Positions 16,734-26,420 of a DNA stretch of 60,706 nt are shown piece after piece. The stretch spans positions 1 to 60,706 of the forward strand of contig JAPLHR010000046.1 in NCBI GenBank assembly GCA_026389535.1, given 5' to 3'. Every line of letters starts with the position of its first letter. Position 1 is the stretch's first letter. This DNA comes from Chloroflexota bacterium. GTDB taxonomy: Bacteria > Chloroflexota > Limnocylindria > Limnocylindrales > Limnocylindraceae. The translations under genes and the position numbers were made by a program. Under the pieces are notes generated by a model. The model ran no database searches. It was not told the origin of the DNA and saw nothing but the letters and a program-made list of their open reading frames with translations.

Positions 16734-19249
16734 GCAAGCGTACCGAACGAGAGATCCAGGCAGACATTGATGACGAGTTGAATGAAGAGGAGCAGCTCGC
16801 CATTGACGAGGTTGTCGCAGCAAGCGATGACGACACCGTCGTGCCACGCGGGCGCGGCTCCTTCCCCCTTGTTCCCCTGCGCGAGATCGTCATCTTCCCC
16901 GAGATGGTTGCGCCACTAAAGGTTGGCCGAGACAAGAGCGTTGCCGCCATTCGTGCCGCGGCTGCTGCTGGTGGCTGGATCGCCCTGGTCACCCAGCGTG
17001 AACCAGAGCAAGAGGAGATCACTTCGGTCGACCAGCTGCATGCGATGGGCACGCTTGCCAAGATCGCGCAGGTCGTGAACCTTCCCGACGGCACGCTTCG
17101 CGCCGTGGTGCAGGGTCAGCGTCGCTTCAAGGTGAAGTCGCTCGACACCACTGGCGCCGCACTGATGCTGAAGGGCACCATTGTCGAAACGCCAGAAGTC
17201 ACCGGTGTTGAGGTTGAAGCGCTGATGCGCAGCGTTCAGGCGCAAGTCGAGACGTACGTCACCTCTGGCGCACCGGTGCCACCTGAGGCAGCTGTCGCTG
17301 CGAAGAACATTAGCGACCCAGGGCTGCTCGCGGACATGACGGCCTACACCCCCGACATGACGACCGATCAGCGCCAGGAGCTGCTCGAGACGATTGATGT
17401 GGTTGCTCGACTCAAGTACGTCGCATCGTTTTTGTCGCGACAGATTGAGATTCTCGAGATCAAGGGGAAGATTCAATCGGATGTGCGCTCCGAGATGGAT
17501 AAGAGTCAGCGTGAATACTTCTTGCGCGAACAGCTCAAGGCGATTCAGCGCGAACTTGGCGAAGAGGATCCGCAGCAGGCGGAGACGAATGAGCTGCGCG
17601 AGAAGGTTGAAGCCTCCGGCATGCCCGAAGACATTAAGGCGCGCGCACTCAAAGAGCTCGACCGCATGAGCCGCATCCCTTCGGCATCACCTGAGGTTGG
17701 TGTGATTCGCACGTACGTTGATTGGTTGATCTCGATGCCGTGGAACATCGCCACCGAGGATCGCATTGAAATCAAGGAGGCGGCCAAGGTGCTCGCCGAC
17801 GATCACTACGGCTTGGAGAAGGTGAAGGAGCGCATCATTGAGTACCTCGCGGTGCGCAAGCTTGCGCCGCAGGTGAAGAGTCCGATCCTCTGTTTCGCTG
17901 GCCCTCCAGGGGTTGGCAAGACGTCGCTCGGCAAGTCGATCGCTCGTGCGATGGGCCGCAAGTTCGTGCGCATGAGCCTCGGTGGCTTGCACGACGAGGC
18001 GGAAATTCGCGGGCACCGCCGTACCTATATCGGCGCACTCCCCGGCCGAATCGTGCAGGGAATCAAGCAGGCCGGCACGAAGAACCCCGTCTTCATGCTT
18101 GATGAGATCGACAAGCTCGGCGCGGACTTCCGTGGCGATCCTTCGTCGGCGCTCCTCGAGGTGCTTGATCCTGAGCAAAACGCAACTTTCCAGGACAACT
18201 ACCTTGAAGTGGAGTTTGATCTCTCGCAGGTGCTCTTCGTGGCCACCGCGAACCAGCTCGACACGATTCCTGCGCCGCTTCGCGACCGCATGGAGATCAT
18301 CCAGATTCCTGGCTACACCGAGGCGGAAAAGGTGCAGATTGCAAAGCGCTACATCCTGCCGAAGCAGCGTGAGAATCACGGGCTGACCGAGGCGCAGGCA
18401 ATCATCCCCGACGAGACGCTGGTGCACTTGATTCGTCACTACACGCGCGAGGCGGGCGTGCGCAATGCGGAGCGTGAGATCGCAACCGTGATGCGCAAGC
18501 TGGCACGCGCCGTTGCCGAGAAGAAGGGGCGCAAGCCAGAGGTCGACGCCAAGCGGCTCGCCACCTGGCTCGGGCCTGAGCGACATGAGTACGGCGAGAT
18601 GGATAACGACGACCAGATCGGTTCAGCGACCGGCCTCGTCGTAACGCCGGTCGGCGGTGACGTTGTCACGGTCGAGGTTGGTGTCATGGAGGGGCGCGAG
18701 GAGCTGATCCTCACCGGCCAACTCGGCGATGTGATGAAGGAGTCGGCGCGAGCCGCCCTCACTTGGATTAAGGCGCACGGCGCAGAGCTCGGCATCGCGC
18801 CGGAGCGATTCGAGAAGTCTGGCCTCCATATTCACGTTCCAGCGGGTGCCATTCCGAAGGATGGCCCTTCGGCGGGCGTGACGATGGCGACGGCGATCGT
18901 GTCGGCGCTCACCGGCATCCCAGTTCGCAAAGAGGTCGCGATGACCGGCGAGATCACGCTGCGAGGCCGCGTGTTGCCGATCGGTGGCCTCAAGAGCAAG
19001 GCGTTGGCGGCACACGCTTCAGGTGCGCGCGTGGTGCTGATTCCGAAGAAGAACGAGAAGGACCTGCCGGAGATCCCTGAGGAGATCCGCAAGTCGCTGA
19101 AGATCATTCCGGTGGAGACGATCGGCCAGGTGCTCGAGCATGCCCTGCGCCGCAAGCCGAAGCCGCTCCCATCCCCTTTCCGCTCCCAGAGGCACTCACC
19201 CCGCTTCGCCTTCCAGGCCTGGAGCCGGTCGACCTCAACCCGCCTGTGA
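16730..19249 (+). CDS. lon: ATP-dependent Lon protease
   Basis: LON N-domain, Walker A GPPGVGKTS, Walker B FMLDEIDK, protease site PKDGPSAGVTM. Confidence 0.95.
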   Translation: MSKRTEREIQADIDDELNEEEQLAIDEVVAASDDDTVVPRGRGSFPLVPLREIVIFPEMVAPLKVGRDKSVAAIRAAAAAGGWIALVTQREPEQEEITSVDQLHAMGTLAKIAQVVNLPDGTLRAVVQGQRRFKVKSLDTTGAALMLKGTIVETPEVTGVEVEALMRSVQAQVETYVTSGAPVPPEAAVAAKNISDPGLLADMTAYTPDMTTDQRQELLETIDVVARLKYVASFLSRQIEILEIKGKIQSDVRSEMDKSQREYFLREQLKAIQRELGEEDPQQAETNELREKVEASGMPEDIKARALKELDRMSRIPSASPEVGVIRTYVDWLISMPWNIATEDRIEIKEAAKVLADDHYGLEKVKERIIEYLAVRKLAPQVKSPILCFAGPPGVGKTSLGKSIARAMGRKFVRMSLGGLHDEAEIRGHRRTYIGALPGRIVQGIKQAGTKNPVFMLDEIDKLGADFRGDPSSALLEVLDPEQNATFQDNYLEVEFDLSQVLFVATANQLDTIPAPLRDRMEIIQIPGYTEAEKVQIAKRYILPKQRENHGLTEAQAIIPDETLVHLIRHYTREAGVRNAEREIATVMRKLARAVAEKKGRKPEVDAKRLATWLGPERHEYGEMDNDDQIGSATGLVVTPVGGDVVTVEVGVMEGREELILTGQLGDVMKESARAALTWIKAHGAELGIAPERFEKSGLHIHVPAGAIPKDGPSAGVTMATAIVSALTGIPVRKEVAMTGEITLRGRVLPIGGLKSKALAAHASGARVVLIPKKNEKDLPEIPEEIRKSLKIIPVETIGQVLEHALRRKPKPLPSPFRSQRHSPRFAFQAWSRSTSTRL

Positions 19250-19818
19250 GCAGCCATCCGCGCATTGCGGTGGTGACCGCGCTCCTTGTGCCTCCGGTTG
19301 CACTGGGGAGCTGCAGCCCGACGGGCGGTGGCGAGAGCGTTGACCCGCACCCGTTCGACTGCCAGGTGCTGCTGATTAAGCGGGCAGAGCACGGCCGTCA
19401 CGGCGGGCAGATCGCCCTCCCAGGGGGCAAGGTAGAAGGAAACGAAACTTCACAAGAGACGGCGATCCGCGAGCTTCATGAGGAGCTCGGCTTTCATGCC
19501 GCAGACCCTGAGCATGAGATTCGCTTCGTTGGTTCGCTTGACGCCGCCTATGTACCAGCCAGCAACTTCCTTGTGCAGGTGCTTGTTGCCGTAGCCCCAC
19601 AGACCCCGCAGATCACCCCTGATCCGCGAGAAGTCGCCGAAACACTCGGCGCTGAGCTCGGCCTCTTTGACCCGCGACATGAGGTGCACGTCATCGATGC
19701 AGAGGAGCAGGGCCAACTTCTGCGATACGGCATTATTCCAGTGCCGGGAGAGCGACGCGTGTGGGGCCTTACTGCGCGTCTCCTCTGCGAGCTCGCCTCG
19801 CGACTCGCGCATGCCTAA
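19246..19818 (+). CDS. NUDIX hydrolase
   Basis: Nudix box GGKVEGNETSQETAIRELHEELG. GTGA overlap with the lon stop. Confidence 0.8.
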   Translation: MSSHPRIAVVTALLVPPVALGSCSPTGGGESVDPHPFDCQVLLIKRAEHGRHGGQIALPGGKVEGNETSQETAIRELHEELGFHAADPEHEIRFVGSLDAAYVPASNFLVQVLVAVAPQTPQITPDPREVAETLGAELGLFDPRHEVHVIDAEEQGQLLRYGIIPVPGERRVWGLTARLLCELASRLAHA

Positions 19819-19829
19819 TGGGCGATGGA

Positions 19830-21014
19830 CTAGGCGCTGCGGCGACGCGGCCCTGGTACCGGAGGAATCGGTGCGCTGAAGCCGCTCGGTAGCGCGCCCT
19901 GATCCGCAAGGCGACGGATCACAAAGCCGTAGTACTCATCAACCGAAGCGCCGACGCGTTCCCAGGTGAAGAGCTCTGAGCGCTCGGTGCCCGCTGCGCT
20001 CAATCGCGCCTTTAGCTCTGGGTCGTGAATGACCCGCGCGAGCGCATCGGCTAACGCATCAGAGTCGGCTGGCGGAACCAAGATGCCGTCACGCTCGCGA
20101 CGAACCACGGCGCGATAGCCATGAATGTCGGAGCAGATCACTGGTGCGCCAGAGGACATCGCCTCAAGGAGCACGATGCCGAATGACTCGCGCCCTGTTG
20201 CTGGCGAGACAAAGACATCGGCCGTCTTGAAGAGCTGCGCCTTCTCGGCATCACTCACGCGCCCGAGGAACTCAACATCGTTGAGCTGCCGCGTAAGAAC
20301 GTAGCGGCGCGCCTCGCGCTCACCTGGCCCGGAACCAACGATGAGAAGGCGGACCTGCTCGCCGTTGACCTGCATCTTGCGAATAGCACGCAAGAGGTGG
20401 ATCAAGCCTTTGCGTGGCTCCATTCTGCCAACGAAGAGCACGTTCGGAACGCCGTCGCGATAGCGGGAGATCGGTACCGCGTTGCGATAGCGACTCGGCT
20501 CGACGCCGTTCGGCACGATCTTGTATTCGCTCGGGAAGTAGCGGCTGATGAAGTGACGCGCCGCGGGGCTCACGGCAATGCGCCCGTGCAGCCGATTCGC
20601 GTAATCGCCCATCACGCGTCGGCCGAACTCGTAACTGAGTGAGAGCCCACCAAATGCGTGGAAGGTGCCGATGTTCACCGATTTGGAAAGCGTCAGCACT
20701 ACGAGGCTGAGAAACGGCACAAACGGTTCATGAAAGTGCAGTACGTCAAACTGCTCGCGCTCGAGGAGCTCTCGCACTTGGCGCAGGTAGGTTGGGCTCA
20801 GCGTGATCGTGCCCATGGATCCGTTGAATGGGACGCTGAATCCCTTGCCGATACGAATCACATCGCCTTCGGATGCCTTCTGCAGGCCGTGGCTACTGGT
20901 GATGATGCGCACATCATGGCCGCGTGCTCGGAGGACGCGGTAGAGGCTGCCAACGTGATCGTTCACGCCGCCTGGCATTGGATAGACGTACGGGGTGACG
21001 AGTCCGATTTTCAC
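19830..21014 (-). CDS. GT4 glycosyltransferase, PimA-like (phosphatidylinositol mannosyltransferase candidate)
   Basis: MKIGLVTPYVYPMPGGVNDHV N-terminus. C-terminal GT-B motif FVSPATGRESFGIVLLEAMSSG. Cluster context with ino1 and a PIP-synthase-like gene. Confidence 0.8.
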   Translation of the reverse strand: MKIGLVTPYVYPMPGGVNDHVGSLYRVLRARGHDVRIITSSHGLQKASEGDVIRIGKGFSVPFNGSMGTITLSPTYLRQVRELLEREQFDVLHFHEPFVPFLSLVVLTLSKSVNIGTFHAFGGLSLSYEFGRRVMGDYANRLHGRIAVSPAARHFISRYFPSEYKIVPNGVEPSRYRNAVPISRYRDGVPNVLFVGRMEPRKGLIHLLRAIRKMQVNGEQVRLLIVGSGPGEREARRYVLTRQLNDVEFLGRVSDAEKAQLFKTADVFVSPATGRESFGIVLLEAMSSGAPVICSDIHGYRAVVRRERDGILVPPADSDALADALARVIHDPELKARLSAAGTERSELFTWERVGASVDEYYGFVIRRLADQGALPSGFSAPIPPVPGPRRRSA

Positions 21015-21838
21015 CTCTGTTTCACCGGTCGCTTGTGGCTCTCTGGGTAGCCGAGGTCGCGCCCATGTCGCTCGCCGCCGAGGGTCCAGATTGGGCGAGT
21101 TACGCCGCGCAAGTCTTGTCCGAGACCGATGAGGTTGCGCAGCATCTGCCGGGCGAAGATCGCCGGGCTCTCCAGCACGGTGTGGTCCTCGCCCGCGCCG
21201 GGCTTCACCGTGCCGGCGAGAATCGCTCGACGCAGCGCAGCGGCCGAGCGACCGGGGAAGGTGGTGTAGACGCGCCCGATCGCCTCGAGCACGTGGGCGT
21301 CAGAGGAGCCGACCCCAGGGAGGCCCAGCTCCTTTGCCAGCCGCTGCACTCGCGCACGCGGGAATGTGCCGAAGATCGTGGGGTTGAAAGTCTCCAGGGC
21401 GTCGGGGCGGCAGGCGGGGTCACGATCGTTCGCTACGGCCCGCAGGGCCCCCGCCTGGGCACAGAGAGGGTGCGGGAAGAGCGGGTGGGCTGGGATGGCG
21501 ATCCCTCCCTGCTCGTGGATCTCGGCGATGGTGCGGCGAAGCGATCGGAGGGGGCGAACCCGCTCCTCGAGGAAGAGCCCAAGCACGTGGCCCTGCAGTG
21601 TGGAGATCTCCTCGCCAATGATGACCTGCACGCGCAACTTGTTTTTGATCGCCATCGCCTGTGCCGCCCGGGCCGCGTCGATACGGTCGTGATCGGTGAT
21701 GGCAATCACATCGAGTCGCGCCTCTTGCGCCCGCGCCAGCACCTGCGCAACGCCGGCGGTGCCGTCGGAGGCCATCGTATGAATATGCAGATCGGCTCTC
21801 CCCTGCACACCAGTCGCTCGTCGCTTTGTTGGGCTCAT
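21011..21838 (-). CDS. PHP-domain metal-dependent phosphoesterase
   Basis: ADLHIHTMASDGT, ITDHD, PAHP and SSDAH histidine motifs of the PHP fold. Start set to ATG 21836-21838 (ATGA overlap with the upstream gene). Confidence 0.8.
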   Translation of the reverse strand: MSPTKRRATGVQGRADLHIHTMASDGTAGVAQVLARAQEARLDVIAITDHDRIDAARAAQAMAIKNKLRVQVIIGEEISTLQGHVLGLFLEERVRPLRSLRRTIAEIHEQGGIAIPAHPLFPHPLCAQAGALRAVANDRDPACRPDALETFNPTIFGTFPRARVQRLAKELGLPGVGSSDAHVLEAIGRVYTTFPGRSAAALRRAILAGTVKPGAGEDHTVLESPAIFARQMLRNLIGLGQDLRGVTRPIWTLGGERHGRDLGYPESHKRPVKQR

Positions 21839-22731
21839 GAAGGTAGATCGTCCCAGATTGGGTAGAAGAGCGTCCACCACTGCTCAGGGGCTTTGCTGAT
21901 CAGCTCTTCAAATGCCGCGGCGACGCCAACGAGCGCCGCGCGCGTTCGCTCCATGCGATCTCCGTCGGTCGGAACCGCTACCTGGCGAATGTAGCCCGTG
22001 TAGAGCCCACGATCTTCGCGAATGACAGCGGCCACGAATAGGCGTGCACCGCTCTCTACGGCAAGCAGACCGGCGCCGATCGGCAGTCGTGCCGGTGCGC
22101 CGAACAGCGAGACGGGGACTCCTCGCCCAGAGATGTTTCGATCACCAACGAGGCCAACGATTCCACCAGCGGCGAGCTCCGCAGACATCACCGCAGCGGC
22201 ACCCTGCGCAGGAATAATGCGGAGGCCGAGGCCCTCGCCCCGCACGCGCAACATCCAGCGTTGCAGCACAGGGTTGCCGAGCTCCTCCATTGGCGCAACG
22301 GGCCTCACGCCACTCCGGTCGGCAAGAATGCTGCCAGGGAGTTCAATCGCACCAAGGTGCGCAGCAAGGAAGATTGCACCACCACTACCGCGCGTAAATG
22401 CGGCGCGAACGGCCTCTTCACTCTCAATGCGTACACGTGTGGCGATGATCTTCCGCGCATGTCGCGGTGCTCGGGCGGTTTCAATGTAGAAGCGCACATG
22501 ATGTTCAAAGAGCAGCTCAATGCCGCGATCAAGTGTGCTGCTCGTTGGCGCGACTCCATCTCGATAGGTATAGACGCGTGCCAAATTCTTTCGTGCCATT
22601 GCGGCGCGTGATCGCATCACGCGTGGGCCAACTCTCCCCCACGCTCGTGCGATTGCGACAAGAAGTGATTCTGGAAGGCGCGAGATGAACGAGAGCGCCC
22701 CAATGATGAGATAGCCAAGTAACGCACTCAT
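21835..22731 (-). CDS. Lysophospholipid/lipid A-type acyltransferase (LPLAT, HtrB/PatA-like)
   Basis: HLGAIE (HX4D/E-type) motif. Size and layout match PIM acyltransferase-like proteins. Confidence 0.7.
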   Translation of the reverse strand: MSALLGYLIIGALSFISRLPESLLVAIARAWGRVGPRVMRSRAAMARKNLARVYTYRDGVAPTSSTLDRGIELLFEHHVRFYIETARAPRHARKIIATRVRIESEEAVRAAFTRGSGGAIFLAAHLGAIELPGSILADRSGVRPVAPMEELGNPVLQRWMLRVRGEGLGLRIIPAQGAAAVMSAELAAGGIVGLVGDRNISGRGVPVSLFGAPARLPIGAGLLAVESGARLFVAAVIREDRGLYTGYIRQVAVPTDGDRMERTRAALVGVAAAFEELISKAPEQWWTLFYPIWDDLPS

Positions 22732-23786
22732 GATGCGCTCTCGCCTCTACGGCGTGTTGTCTCTGTTGACATCTGCGCTGCACTTTTTGCAAGATCCTGT
22801 TGTGTTTCGGCGTTTGGCCACATTGGTTTGAAGCAGTTCCACTGCAGCGGTTCAGTGCGAATGAGCTTCTCCATTGCCGTTGCTGTCTCTTGTGTTGCGC
22901 GTAGAAGCTCTGCTGGTGAACCGTTGCCCGCACTGATTGGCGCGCCATAGAGGATGCGGAACTTTCCAGGAGCCTCGCGGCGAACAAAGAACGGCACGAT
23001 CGGCGCGCTGCCGCGTGCGCTTAGTACCGCCGGACCGCTCGGAAGCGTTGTCCAGCGACCGAAGAGTTGGCAGGGAATGCCGTCGGGCTTGTATCCCCAA
23101 TCGCTAAGCAAAACGATGAATCCACCGCGCTTCAGTGCGCTGAACACCTCACGAATCGCCTTCCAGTCGATCACCTTGATCCCCCATGCTGCGCGAAGGC
23201 GACGAAGGAGCTCGTACATTTCTGGAAAGGCGCTGTCGTCGGCGACGACGTTCACGTCATATTTGTGTTCGCCAAGTGACGCAGCGCCAAGCTCGTTGTT
23301 ACCCGCGTGAAAACCTACGAAGATCGCGGCTTGCCCCCGTGCGCGGAAGTCGTCCATGAATGCGGCCTCGCTCAGATCAACATCAGCGGCGATCTCTTTC
23401 AGTGATCGGCTCGGCAGGCGCAGGAGTTCTGCTGCGAAGCGCCCATAGGTGCGGTAGTTCGCAAGGGAGCGGGCGCGCACCAGTTTCTCGCTCCCAGGGA
23501 GTGGTCGACCATCCGCATCGGCTACGCCGAGTACGACCGCGGCGTTCCCATCGGCGATACGGCGCTTGGCTGGCCAGAGGAGATAGGCGAGGGGCGCGGC
23601 GGCGGAGAAGAGCGCCTCGACGGGGCGTGGAGGGAGGATCCCAACGACCCCCATGAGGAGACGGTAGCCGGCGTAGATGCTGCGCTCCCAGGCGCGCCGG
23701 GCGAGATAGCCAGGGGTGTGCTTTGGCGCCTGGTGGCGGAGCGGCGAGGGGGTGGCTGCCCCCTGGGGCGGCTGTGGTTCGCTCAT
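22728..23786 (-). CDS. Lysophospholipid/lipid A-type acyltransferase (LPLAT, HtrB/PatA-like), second copy
   Basis: FHAGNNELG (HX4E) motif. ATGA overlap with the downstream paralog. Confidence 0.7.
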   Translation of the reverse strand: MSEPQPPQGAATPSPLRHQAPKHTPGYLARRAWERSIYAGYRLLMGVVGILPPRPVEALFSAAAPLAYLLWPAKRRIADGNAAVVLGVADADGRPLPGSEKLVRARSLANYRTYGRFAAELLRLPSRSLKEIAADVDLSEAAFMDDFRARGQAAIFVGFHAGNNELGAASLGEHKYDVNVVADDSAFPEMYELLRRLRAAWGIKVIDWKAIREVFSALKRGGFIVLLSDWGYKPDGIPCQLFGRWTTLPSGPAVLSARGSAPIVPFFVRREAPGKFRILYGAPISAGNGSPAELLRATQETATAMEKLIRTEPLQWNCFKPMWPNAETQQDLAKSAAQMSTETTRRRGESAS

Positions 23787-23886
23787 TCGGGGAGTGTAGG
23801 GGAGAGCCGCCGCCCCCTTGCGGGGTGCGACGGCTCTCTCCAGTGTGAAGGCGGGACTGGCCGAAGCCAGCCTCGCAGCGGAACGC

Positions 23887-25104
23887 TTAGGCGCGGACGG
23901 AGTTCAGTGCCTCAGAGGTGGGGTACCCCTCTTTGGTCACCTGGGTTCCGTCGAGGACGCGATTGTCCTCGCCGCGGATAAAGGCCTCCACTGCGGCATG
24001 GGCGACATCGTCGCGCAGCTGCATTGGTGGGCTCTTCATGAAGTACGACGAAGGCGCAACGAGCGTCCCCGCCAACTTGCGGTCAAGGCCGAGCTTCGCG
24101 CAGCGAATAGCGTCCGTGATGACGCCGGCGCTGTTTGGCGAATCCCACACCTCAAGCTTCAGCTCTGCCGTGAGTGGCACGCCGCCGAAGGTTGTTCCTT
24201 CAAGTCGGATGTTTGCCCACTTGCGGTCAAGAAGCCACGGCACGAAGTCCGATGGCCCAACGTGTACCTGGTTGTCACCAAGCTGCTCGTCGAGGATCGA
24301 GGTGACCGCGTTGGTCTTGCTGATCTTCTTACTCTCAAGTCGATCGCGCTCCAACATGTTCTGGAAGTCGGTGTTGCCACCGAAGTTCAGCTGATAGGTG
24401 CGATCGAGCTGCACGCCACGATCGGCGAAGAGTCGAGCAAGAACGCGATGCGCAATCGTTGCGCCAACCTGGCTCTTGATGTCATCTCCAACGATTGGGA
24501 GGCCGGCTGCGGCGAACTTCTTCTGCCACTCTGGCTCGCGACCAATGAAGACTGGAATTGCGTTCACAAACGCGCATCCCGCCTTGATCGCCTGCTCAGC
24601 GTAGTAGCGAATCCCCTCTTCGCTGCCGACCGGAAGGTAGGCAACGAGCACGTCCACCTTGCGCTCCTTGAGCACAGCGGCAACGTCCACAGGCTTCTCT
24701 GGTGACTCGATCACCACGTCCTTGAGGTACTTGCCAATGCCGTCGAGCGTTGGTCCGCGCTGAACGATCACGCCGGTGGTTGGGATCTCCTGGAAGGTCC
24801 AGGTGTTGTTTGGCTCTGCGCCAAGTGCAACAGAGAGATCCTTGCCAACCTTGTTCACGTTGACGTCAAACGCCGCAACGTAGTCAAGATCGCGCACGTG
24901 ATAGCCGCCAATGTCGACGTGCATCAGCCCTGGGACCTTTGCATCGTTCGCCACGTCGGCGTAGAAGTAGCGACCCTGCACCAAGCTGCTGGCACAGTTA
25001 CCGACGCCCGCGATTGCGACGCGGATCGGGTTCGTTGCCTTGATCGGCGTTGTCGGCGCCGGTCGGGCATTCCATTGGGCGCGAGGCCCGTTCATCTCTA
25101 CCAT
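23887..25104 (-). CDS. ino1: myo-Inositol-1-phosphate synthase
   Basis: [21 protein letters not shown]-binding N-terminus, then [16 protein letters not shown] and SPNSAGV. The start is either ATG 25104 or ATG 25095. Confidence 0.9.
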   Translation of the reverse strand: MVEMNGPRAQWNARPAPTTPIKATNPIRVAIAGVGNCASSLVQGRYFYADVANDAKVPGLMHVDIGGYHVRDLDYVAAFDVNVNKVGKDLSVALGAEPNNTWTFQEIPTTGVIVQRGPTLDGIGKYLKDVVIESPEKPVDVAAVLKERKVDVLVAYLPVGSEEGIRYYAEQAIKAGCAFVNAIPVFIGREPEWQKKFAAAGLPIVGDDIKSQVGATIAHRVLARLFADRGVQLDRTYQLNFGGNTDFQNMLERDRLESKKISKTNAVTSILDEQLGDNQVHVGPSDFVPWLLDRKWANIRLEGTTFGGVPLTAELKLEVWDSPNSAGVITDAIRCAKLGLDRKLAGTLVAPSSYFMKSPPMQLRDDVAHAAVEAFIRGEDNRVLDGTQVTKEGYPTSEALNSVRA

Positions 25105-25225
25105 TTTCCCTGTTACCCCTTTCTCTGTCGCCCTTGCGACCTTTCCGCTTTGCGAGCCCACTCTTGTGGGTCCGCCTTCACTAACCGCCCGTTTCACGCC
25201 AGGCGGCGAGTATTTAATTGGCGCG

Positions 25226-25897
25226 CTATGCGCGACGCCCGGTGGTTGCCAACGCGGCGCGAATAAACAAGATTCGCTGCAGCACGGTGACTACTGATAG
25301 CGCGACGATGATGAGGAGTGCGTAGAGCAGGTAGCTTGTCTCTCCGCTGAGACCGGCGGCGAGCAGGCCGAGGATGAGTAGAGCCGCGCGCTCAGCGCGC
25401 TGCGCAATGCCACCGTGTGCGGAGACGCCGAGGCCTTCGCCACGCGCACGCACATAGCTCACCAGTGAGCCGATGCCGAGCGCAAGCGCAGCTGAGGTCC
25501 CGATCTGAATATCACCAAGGACTGCGGCGCTGTAGACGATGCCGGCATAGATCACCGCCTCTGCCGCGCGGTCAAGCGATGAATCAAAGAAGGCGCCGAA
25601 CGCGGTGACGCGATTCGTTTCACGGGCGAGTGTGCCGTCGAGCCCATCAAACAACGTGCCAGCGATAAGGATGCCCGCCGCGATTGCCCAGTTGCCGAGT
25701 GCAACCTGCGCGGTGGCGATCAACACGATGCCAAATCCAACAAGGGTGAGCCCGTCGGGCGAGAAGCCGATCCTTCCCAGCAACAGCGCGATCGGCTCAC
25801 CGATGCGCTTGATTGCGGTGCGCTCGTTGCTGGTGAGTAGGCTCCCCTGTGTGACGCGCTTGCCGCTTGTGCGCTTCGCGATCTTGCGCTTGGCCAC
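25226..25897 (-). CDS. CDP-alcohol phosphatidyltransferase (phosphatidylinositol-phosphate synthase candidate)
   Basis: [30 protein letters not shown] equals the DGx2ARx8Gx3Dx3D signature. Sits next to ino1. Confidence 0.85.
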   Translation of the reverse strand: MAKRKIAKRTSGKRVTQGSLLTSNERTAIKRIGEPIALLLGRIGFSPDGLTLVGFGIVLIATAQVALGNWAIAAGILIAGTLFDGLDGTLARETNRVTAFGAFFDSSLDRAAEAVIYAGIVYSAAVLGDIQIGTSAALALGIGSLVSYVRARGEGLGVSAHGGIAQRAERAALLILGLLAAGLSGETSYLLYALLIIVALSVVTVLQRILFIRAALATTGRRA

Positions 25898-25899
25898 GA

Positions 25900-26328
25900 T
25901 TAGGCCTCCTCGCCGCGAACGGCGTCTACGAGTGGCGTGGCGCTCGGAAGCGCATCGGCTGGGGCGATCCAGGCGGCGGGGTCAGCGATGCCGAGGGCGG
26001 AGAGCATCAGCGCGTGGCCTTCGGCGATGGTGGCGATGCGGAGCGTGCAGATCGACTCGCGACCGGAGCGCTCGGTGGTGACGAGACCGGCGGCGCGGAG
26101 GCGGCGCAGGTGCCACGAGACGAGCGGCTGTGAGAGGCCGGTGAACTCAATCAGCTCAGAGACGGTGGCGGGGCCAGCCGCAAGGCGGCGGACCACCTCA
26201 AGGCGGTTGGTATCGCCGAGGGCACGGTGCACGCGGCGCGCCGCCTCAATGACGTCACGCTCTCCCGCAAGGCGGGAGACGGCGGCGCCCGTGGCGGCGG
26301 GGAGTGCGGATGCGTGCTGTGCGCTCAT
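25900..26328 (-). CDS. ArsR/SmtB-family transcriptional regulator
   Basis: LGDTNRLEVVRRLAAGPATVSELIEFTGLSQPLVSWHLRRLRAAGLV winged-helix core. Ends 2 nt upstream of the CDP-alcohol transferase gene. Confidence 0.8.
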   Translation of the reverse strand: MSAQHASALPAATGAAVSRLAGERDVIEAARRVHRALGDTNRLEVVRRLAAGPATVSELIEFTGLSQPLVSWHLRRLRAAGLVTTERSGRESICTLRIATIAEGHALMLSALGIADPAAWIAPADALPSATPLVDAVRGEEA

Positions 26329-26420
26329 AGAAGCGGAAGTTTATATGAATTCCCGCTGATGCGACGGGGCCGTGGCGTGGCGGGGAGCTGGATTGTTACA
26401 CCCCGCCCTGGGGGCGGCGC

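Noticed and set aside
17687-18586. Minus-strand 299-aa ORF inside lon
   Set aside because: Antisense shadow. The Lon Walker and protease motifs are on the plus strand.
23818-24705. Plus-strand 295-aa ORF
   Set aside because: Antisense to ino1, which has unambiguous similarity on the minus strand.
26329-26420. Possible terminator after nuoN (CGCCC-TGG-GGGCG)
   Set aside because: It has a 5-bp stem with a 3-nt loop and no T-run on the transcribed strand, so it is not convincing.
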